A stretch of 64,000 nt of DNA, from assembly GCA_012295275.1 (NCBI GenBank), contig CM022672.1:11780001-11844000 (forward strand), written 5' to 3'. The DNA is from Chrysomallon squamiferum. Taxonomy: Eukaryota; Animalia; Mollusca. The notes under the pieces are model-generated. The model searched no databases, was not told the DNA's origin, and saw only the letters and a program-made list of their open reading frames with translations. The translations under genes were made by a program, and so were the position numbers. Below are positions 54,628-64,000 of this stretch, one piece after another (position 1 is the stretch's first letter; the number at the start of each line of letters is the position of its first letter).

Positions 54628-57470
54628 TACATCAGACAATAGCAATAAAACAAGATTACCTTTCAAGGCTAACAATCCTTGAGTTGGATTTGACTGTCTT
54701 CCCAAGATGGTTTTAGCTTCTTAGAATGTTATTAGTAATGGAGGACAGCCAAAGTAATAGTCAAGTGAATCCATGTAGAAGCCAAAAAACAAGATGTGAA
54801 CGCTTTTCAATTACGAGTGTGGTGATCTTTCAACTTTCTAATTAACTCTGTATAAGCTGATACATGAATGGGATCTCAGGGCTTGTCATTCATATAGTTC
54901 ATAGATGACTGCATTGGTTAACATTTATGACTATATGTACAATAATTATATAACCACATTGGAAACTGATTCTTATATTAATGGTAACAGTATACGTATC
55001 TAAATACATAACTATATCCTTATAACAGTGGTAGATAATAAAGTGACATCCTTTTATTAATGGTACATTGATTATATGGACCATCATTTTACTAATGGTA
55101 CAGTTAATACATACACACACACACATACACAGACACACACACACACACAATAAATATATGATTCTTTGATACAAATGCCTATGCAACCAAGTTGAAAATA
55201 ATGTACATTTTTTACCACAACACAAAGACAGTATGCAAACATCATTTTACTATGCATGGTACAGACACTGTATAAAACAGTATCATTTTACTAATGGTAC
55301 AATGACTCTGTGTAACTGAATTGGTAATAGTATCATGTCATTCTTAACCTCGATGTCAGTGCTGCTTGAGATCTCTTTGTGCTAACAAGCCATGTTAATT
55401 GTCATCTCATTCATTACCTTATCATGTTTCCATCTACCCAGTACACTATTATGTTTCAGTGCCAGGACACCCTAGAAAGAAATCTCTTCTGGTCTTTTGT
55501 AAGTGTAAACAGTTTGCTATTTGTCTAATGTTCTGATTATAATGATATCTGCAGAACAACCACGCACACATATCACCTCAAGGCATCTTCGGATAGATAT
55601 CTATAGGTGTGTCTGTGTGTTTATAACATACAAACACACATACACCCACATACACAGTACTCAGCTGAATTCATGATTTACATAATCTTCAATTGTGTTG
55701 CTAAATGGGTATAGAGTTTACTATGAAAATATTTTCCGACATTTAATCTTGACACTTTGTGTGTGTAGAAACTGCTTTTATAACAGTACACAGATTACAG
55801 TGACAGTGTACAATACGTATACACACGTAGTGACTCTAGTGGGCATTATTTTCAACATTTGAATACCACAATTTGTGGATATGTCTTTAGTTTGAGACTT
55901 TGTATCCTTATCTCAAGTATCAATCTCGTCACTACCATAGTGGGGGTATCTTCATTTAAAGGAAAATATTGTGAGCTATGGTTAAAGTACACAATACCCA
56001 GACAGTGTACTGGACTGATGAAAACTTGATATGTAAGAAATTCTATTGTAGCTCAGTATATTGCAAGCACAAGAGTTGTTCTACAAGTCACAATAAGGAT
56101 CATTACAGAAATCGTTACACATTTTATACATAGTTTGAATTCTTAATTTGTATTGCCTTAATTTTAAAATCTATAGACACAGATTTTCAGTACCATAATT
56201 AGTGGCTTTAATGAAGAGACTAAACAATGTCTCAAAAATATATTTTACACCCGAGTTCTGTTTCTGAATAGAAAATCCAATAAAAAGCCATGGACACTGC
56301 AAGCATGTTTGAACACCAATGACTGTCAACACTTTAATAAATTAAATCTTTTTGGTTTCTTATTAATAACATGACAGAAGTGTATTTTCGTCTTTTCATC
56401 TTTTTTTTTTTCTTTTTTGTATAGCTTTTTTAGGACTTAGATAACAGTGTTTTTTCCAAAAACTGACTTATTATTGGCTTGTCAAAAGAAGAAGAAGAAA
56501 AAAAACTGTCTGCATAAAATATTAAGCCAGGCTTAATAATAAAAATTTAATTAACCAGCAATCCAGGGATAAATTCCATTTCATCAAATATTTCATTCCA
56601 GTGAATGCTCAATACTTGAATACATGGTGATTAACTATCTATAATATTTGTATAAATACATACAGATATTTATTTCTATAAAGCTTTGACTGGATCATTA
56701 ATACAAATTCTGTGAGTCTTTTATTTTTATTTACAGAACATTCTTTTACTATTCTTTGGTTTGTTTAATCTGTAGTTCTATTATTATTTCTATATATATT
56801 TGTGTTTTGTTTGTTTTATTTTTCAAATGTCTTTAAAGTATCAGTATAAACAGCTGATCTTTTAAACCAATCAAAAAATAAAAAATATACAGCAACAATT
56901 TAGTATTAAATACAACACCATGAAGACTGTATTGAGTATATATTATAACATATCATTTTTTTATATAATGGGATTTACCTACAATATATTTGGAAGATTT
57001 ATTTCAAAGAGTGACATTCTCTAGTGTGTCTTGAATGTCATCAGTTTTAAATATTAAATGTGAAATTTGAAAAATAAAATACCACACACAACTTTAACAC
57101 ACCTTACCACATGGACACTGTCAACAAGGCAGGGCCATGATTTATGAAGGCAGCAAAACATTTCAAAACTCAATCAATTTCACTGATATAATTTACACTG
57201 TCGTGTCAGACGTATGAAGAGAGGAAGCGATGAGGAATAAATCAATATTTTATTTGCCTCGAGTGTAAATTTTGAGGCTTTCATTCCTCAAAAGCTGTGA
57301 TGTACACATGCAGAAGCACTCAAAGAACGGAGCGTATCCCAATTAGCGGGTCTGAATTATTTCCAAGTGATGATTTTAGACTTGTTAAAATCATCAGTCT
57401 GCAGATGGACAGGAAATCTCTCCTTGGGCTGTCCTCTCTGCTTGGGGGGACTGTCACAAGATTTAATAAA

Positions 57471-57513
57471 AGAAGAAGAAGATGATGATGATGATGATGA
57501 TGAAGAAGAAGAA
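57471..57513. repeat. (GAA)(GAT)n(GAA) trinucleotide repeat
   Basis: Seen directly. Confidence 0.95.
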
Positions 57514-60187
57514 CTTGACAGACTTTTTCTTTTATTCCTTTTTTTTTTTTTTGTTCAAACACTCCAGACAGGAATGTTGGTCGTCCACGCAAATTATGCC
57601 CTTCTCCCAAGTGCCTCAAGAGATGTCTCCCCAACTTCTTCTTGTTTTGGGGGCGGAGCAAAATGCTGCTTAGCAATTAAGGCTTTATTTGTTGTGTGTT
57701 AGCAGTCAATAAAAAAACTTAAATCTGTTAATTGTAATGGCTTACTATATAATGACATGATAAGAAAGATTAAAAATTAAAATCTGTCTGTCAATGGGTT
57801 GTGGTATGATCCAGTTAATGCCTTGTTTCTCAGTTAAGAGACTATAAGTAATAAAAATTTGTTTTTCAATACAGACTTAATACATATAATGTTTAATGAT
57901 GTAAAATTTTAAAGAAATTTCTCATTTGGAAATAAAAAAAAGGGTGTTCGCTTTTATTAACATTATATTTATTATCAAATTAATATCCATTAAATTTCTT
58001 CTGTACCTGGAATCCATTATTTACACACTGTTTAGCTACACTTCTTTTAAAAAAGAAGAAAAACAAAACTGATATTATTGAATAAAACAGAAAAGTTTCC
58101 ATCAACCATGTATATATTATTTACCAAGCTGTAAACTAATGATGATATTTATCAAGTATTACCAGTAACATATAACAAGTCTCGTACATCATAATTACAT
58201 ACAACATTTTATAACACCAATTATACATAACTAACATCACATATTGCTAATTACACTAAATATATGTCACATGTTGCATAATATATCTTGACAGGCAATT
58301 ATGAATTATTCTGGGGGGTTTTGTGTGCGTTTTGAAAAATATGTGAAAATTAGCCGTTTGTGTTATATACCATGACAGAAAGTATTTCCCTTTTATTAAC
58401 AGAAAACACATTATCAGTCCTTTGGTTGCTGAAGTGCACAGGAAATAATGACTGGTGAAAGTAATTATTTTGTAATGTCTGTATTAAAGTATTTCAAAAT
58501 GGGGGGTTTAAAACAGTTTTAAAATTTTATTACTTTTAAAAGTTTGGTTTAATTTTTAAATTTCCAAATCTTAAATTTTTAAACATATCAGCATTTAATT
58601 TTTTTTCTATATAATCTCTAATTTCAGAAATTTGTATAAATGTTTTAATATTTCTAAATATCATTATTTAAACATTTAAAAATATTCCAAAATTTCCATT
58701 GAAATTTTATATTTCAAAATCCTCATTAGAAAAGTTATAATTATTCCAAACGTATTTCAAAATTTTCATCAAAATGTAAATACGTCAAAACCTCACGCAG
58801 AATTTAGACATTTCAAGATCTCAATCAACACTTAATTACTTCCAAAAGTCCCTCAAGGGTCACATTTGCATTAATTGTTGAAAGGTGTCTCCCGTGAATG
58901 ATCCGAATAATGAAGCCAAAAAAAAAAAAACTCGGAGGAAATTCTACAATGTCAGGTCTAAACAGCACGTGCATCATTCAAATTTTTTACACTTGTCTTA
59001 TCTAACCCTCGGAGGCAATGACAAGTCGCCATAGAGTCATGGATGATGGAACAAGTAAATGATTTACTGCTCCCATCAGATTACATCAGAAGTCAACCAG
59101 TTTTCTAATTAATGGCCACACCAACACTGCATAATAAATGACTTAATGTTTCCCCAAACGTGGTGAAACCTTGCTGACAGAATGTGTTAATTAAACCCAT
59201 CAGCTGTTAGTTAGCTATGAAAGACAGAGTCTTCCGTATCAAGGTGATAAGAACAGAATTTAGAAAAAATAAATAAAGAAAGAGAGAGAGTGACATTTTT
59301 AAATATGTTTATTTATAACGTCCTTGCTTTTTTTTTTTTTATTCAAATCTTTAATTTTATTTTTGATTCATTTTTATATATTTTAAATTTCTGTTATTTA
59401 AATTGATTTTGGTTTTTGAGAATTTTAAAAGTTATTGGTGTTAGTATGACACTGCAGTCTTCTCTAACTGTTTAACTGAAGGCAGATACGGTTTCTCTCC
59501 ATTTTTTTAAAAATATTTTAATATCTTTTATTGTTCTGAAATGTTATTCTGATTTCAAACCAAACATTCTTAAACAAAAAAGTAAAGCATTATCACCGTA
59601 ATTCAGTGCCATGAGGGCCTAATTTATTTTAATTTTGATAACCAAAATGTTATAATAAAGTGAAGAAAAAAGAAAAAATGATGAATCATTTGTGCAGTCA
59701 GAATTTGAACCTGTTTCAAAGAAGCCAAATCACCTTCAAATTTAACTTTGATGAGTGTTTTGGGGTTATTTTTTAAAAAATTATTTATTATTATTATTAT
59801 TATTATTATTTTTTTTTTTTTTTGCATGCTCTCAGATTTTTGAACTCTTGCTTTCAAACATTATTTCCAGTTCTAAAACAACAGATGCAGTAGGAAGTAA
59901 TTTCTGTGTGCAATCTGTTCTCAGCATAAAAATCTTTATATCTAATAAATCTTATCTTAGATAACCGTTTCCTTGAAACAGCTCATTCCCATCGGCGCCA
60001 ATGTATGACATGTATAATCAGCTGACATTAAACAGTGCAAATGCAGAAATGAAATTAAAAATCAATACTCAAAGGATTACATCAGGCTATGAATTCATTA
60101 CACATATAAAAAAAAAAATAATAATAATAATAATAAATAAATAAATAAATAAATCAGGACATGATTCTCTATTCTATAAAAGTTTTA

Positions 60188-60243
60188 TGTTATTGTTGTT
60201 CTTATTATTATCACTACTGTTGCCATTATTATTATTATTGTTG

Positions 60244-60281
<38 letters not shown>

Positions 60282-60310
60282 TTTTTATTATTATTATTAT
60301 TATTATTAAT
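60188..60310. repeat. (TAT/TGT)n microsatellite
   Basis: Seen directly. Confidence 0.95.
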
Positions 60311-62809
60311 TTTTTTCTAACAAAATCAATTTTTATTTCAAATAAGCATAAAACTGGAAGGAACATTTTTTTATTTTTAAAAAAAGCATCAAAATTAATG
60401 TGCAGCCACAAGCTGTCATAATCGTACATAAAAATGTCTGCCTGCAATCTGATTGTCGTAAATCAGTGTTGAAAACGACATGGAAACTGCTCACCTATAA
60501 CACATACCAAAACCTACGAGATCTTCACCAGATATTTCTCACTGAAATACGGTTCCTTTAAACCTCCTAAATTTCATATGAAGAGCAAAAATCCCAGCAT
60601 CACTGCCACATTATCATTTTTACAGTGATCAGGGGAACGCGTAAATGTTGTGATAAAACAGGAGAGAGAAAGTAAAAAATGATGGATGAGTCAAGAACAT
60701 AAAAATGAATCGAGAGAGTCTGTCTCGTAGAATCAAAAGCAAACAGATTCTCTCCTCCAGTCAATATTGACGGAAGGCAAAATTATGCTCTTTGAATGAA
60801 ACATTTAGAAAATAAATGGCCACTGAGAACTTATAAAAGGTGGCAAAAGCATCAGCATTAAAATAAAAGCTGGAGGGAAAGCTGGGAGGATCACAAAGCT
60901 AGGGTGTAGTGGCTAATCATTGAGAGAAGTGCGAAGAATCTCCGACATGAAAGCAAAACGATTCCTTACTCTGCAGGAGAGACATGGACACAGCCAAAAA
61001 CGAGTGATGGCAGTCATAAAACTTCTGTTAGAATTTCTAAGTACTGTTCTCATCAATTTGCTTGCAGAAAAGATGAAACGAAAGTTACGGGCTGTTTTCA
61101 CTCGACTGGTGTTATTTAATGGTCAGTGGGTAAACAGTGACCAATGGAGTAATTGAAGAATTAAGCTTTGACCATTGGTCACACGTCTCTGCTTCCACTT
61201 GTAATAGCTGTTAAATAATTCATGTGTGCCAGTCTGAGTGATTTAAGTATGAATGATTGAAGAAGCTGGGTACAAGAACACAGACAAGCACGGGACCCCT
61301 CCTCCTCCTTGTACAGGGACTGAAAAATTGTATTAAACAAAGAGAGCTTGAATTTTAATTCAAAAGTTAATAAATGGATTAGCAAATGTAATTCAATAGA
61401 GTAATATAATCTGCATCTGTCCTGTTATTTATGCAAGTGTGACCAAAATTATGATTGTTTTTTTTTTGTTTCAGCATAACTGTCTGTGGTTTGTTTTGTA
61501 CCAAATACAAGATGTAAATACATATAAAACATTAATTGGTTGGTTAATTTTTGTACATATGTAAATTTTTCTTATTGTAACTTAAGTTTTTGTGTTGGAC
61601 TTTTTCTCTAAATACATGGTGACAAAGTGGAAAATTTGGTATTACATTCAAGAATAATTAAATTAAATGTTAAAATTTTTTAAAATGAACAAAATATTTT
61701 TTATCTATATAATAATAATAATAATAATAAATTAATAAATAAATAATAAATAAAACAAACAAATTAAAACAAAAACAAACTAAAAACAAAACAAAATTCA
61801 ATTAACATTTAAATTTTTTTTAAATTTCAGTCATTATTAGAGGTGCCAATATTTATCACATTTTAATGTTTTATTTTATTGCTAGGACACAGCCAAGAGA
61901 CCCTGGTATCTTGTCTTCTTCAGATAAGTGGTGTAAAACTGCCATACTGACACACAAAGCAAGACGCTATCAGAGTTTCCTCCCAGCCACAGTGACTCAA
62001 ACACAGCAACCCATGTAATCACTCTCCAACTTGTAAGAACCAAAATCTCAATGAAAAAATGTCAGGCATTATTATGGATTAGTTCTTATTAAAAAAAAAA
62101 AAAAATTACAAAACAAAAAAAAAAAAAAAATCTTAACCCTTTAACTTGCTGCTTTAGAATAGAAAAGTCTTCTTCTTTTTTTTTTCTTTCTTTCTTTTTT
62201 TTTTTTTTAGGTTTGAAACGAAATGTAAATAATAATATTAATAATAATAATAATAATAAATATAATTATTATTATTATTATTATTTGAAGATTAACCCTT
62301 TCCCTTATTTAGAGCAGGCTATGTCTTTATTATTTTACATTTATGGTCAATAACTGTTTGCCTGTTTAGAATATTTCTTCTTCTTCTTCTTTTTTTTTAA
62401 AGAAAGGAAGAAAAAAGTATCAGACTTAAAAATTAACCCTTTTCCATGTTACAAAACAATTACAGAGATAAAGGGTAAGAACAGCAGTACCAGTATTTTA
62501 TCTTGTTCCTCTCTTTCTGAGATAAATTATTGACAAGTGAAGTCAGAATATGTCTTAATTTACATTATTTATTGGTTTTTGCCCACACTTTTCACTTACA
62601 GATATTCTAATGGATGATTATTTGCTAAACCAAATCTTAAAACATTTTATTAATGGTTGGTAGACACAAAATCTATTGATTTTGCAAAACAATGTTATTA
62701 ATTAGTTGTTTATTAGTACAGATGCTTATTAATTAGAAACAAGAATCTTCAAACAGACTGGGGGAAAAAAATATGAGTTAGCTTTTGATATATTAATCAT
62801 GAGCACTAT

Positions 62810-62910
62810 TTAGAATGGAAAATAAACTGGAGACTGCATCAAGGGGATTTGATCTAGCAGCTTATCATGACTAAGACCTGTACTCATTACACTAAGCTGG
62901 AGTGTGCTTC
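62810..62910 (-). mobile_element. SINE head fragment
   Basis: gaatggaaaata...catcaaggggatttgatcta...tactcattacactaagct parallels 19575-19650. Confidence 0.45.
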
Positions 62911-63961
62911 TGTAATATTTCAATTTTATAATCAAAGTAAACTTTTAAGAAATATTAAAGAAGACACTGATATCCAAAATATACTGCCAATAACAGTGAG
63001 AGCTAAATGTAGATGAATATACTGGATATTTTATTACATTGCAATACAAAGAAAGTTTAATATATCATGTTGACTCGCATGTTTATTTTAGAAAATGTAA
63101 GAATGTTTTAAGAAATTTTATGATTAAAAGAAGCAAACATAACATGTTTTAACAAGCCATGTTTTTCAATTTCTTTTACATATCTTTAACGATTATTCTG
63201 TTTGATCTCTGAAATACCATAATTAAGTGAAAATCAGAAAACTGGCATCTAAGTGAGAAATCAACAGCAATGAACAAAACAACAAGAATATGATATTACA
63301 CTCTTAGTCAGAACAAATAAATGACCAGAGCTGGACATCAATGACCACCGAGAAAGAAAACGAAGTACAGTGAAGAAAACACCTGGATTCTTACAAAAGG
63401 ACTGGACAATTGCCCTGACAGGAAATGACAAAGGGAAGTAATTTCTGGTAATGAATTCAAAATGAAAAGGTCATAACTGATGGTCAATATTTGAGCATGG
63501 ATATTTTCATAAAATGGTGAAGCTATTAATCATACATGGAGTGGAACCAACAAAGAAAAGTGAAAATAAAGGAGAAGTAAAAATGAGGAATTCCCTATAC
63601 CGCTTTCATCTCATTGTTTTCAAGCCGCCATTTGCTTTCCTGTCCTACAAGGCTTGAAAGGGTATTTTTGTTTTTCTGTGTATACTGGGCACATTAGTAC
63701 TGCATGAAAAGTTTTTTGTTTGGCAATAAAAACTTTTCTGAAATTGGTGGTCAATATGTACAAAACATTGATCAAAGAAATTGGTTTCTTGTGGATAAAC
63801 AAATCTGAACTGTGAAATTAACAAAATAAACCTAAACAAAAACTGTAAACACTTCAATGTGTAATATTTTTAAACAAAACAGTTATTATTAAAACCCAAC
63901 TATGGACTTAAAAATAAGACAAAACATAACTCCCAGAATTATTTATTTATTTATTTATTAT

Positions 63962-63998
<37 letters not shown>

Positions 63999-64000
63999 AT

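Larger units (their letters stand above)
9017..64000 (-). other. Very large intron upstream of the discoidin exon (no signal-peptide exon recognised in the window)
   Basis: The exon starts in phase 1, so an upstream ATG/signal-peptide exon is required. I found no convincing one in 55 kb of repeat-rich, CpG-poor sequence. A small exon could have been missed. Confidence 0.6.

Noticed and set aside
57297-57702. Overlapping ORFs with poly-D, poly-H and poly-M tracts
   Set aside because: A GAT/GAA repeat plus poly-T explains them; no domain similarity.
62133-62445. Three TTAACCCTTT piggyBac-like termini
   Set aside because: All are in the same orientation with no matching opposite end nearby; they may be a decayed ~150-bp tandem repeat.

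Overview
AT-rich (roughly 30% GC by eye), CpG-depleted, microsatellite-rich eukaryotic DNA. It is probably molluscan (gastropod), inferred from a degenerate tRNA-headed SINE family. None of the supplied ORFs is a credible gene. The only convincing coding sequence is a single 106-nt minus-strand exon (8911-9016), missed by the ORF track, which encodes the start of the discoidin (F5/8 type C) domain of a discoidin domain receptor (DDR)-like tyrosine kinase. The rest appears to be two very large introns of that gene. On the DDR-sense strand, the upstream intron carries a textbook recursive-splicing ratchet point (polypyrimidine tract-CAG|GTAAGT at 37583/37582) followed by a candidate 58-nt cryptic exon, plus a candidate frame-preserving 15-nt microexon (44531-44545). 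The introns also hold a CTCF consensus motif, CpG-retaining patches with posterior-Hox-type sites, a perfect 33-bp-arm hairpin, about 10 decayed SINE pieces, small fossils of Penelope, LINE and mariner elements, and more than 15 unrelated local degenerate tandem arrays. All calls were made by eye; no searches were run.
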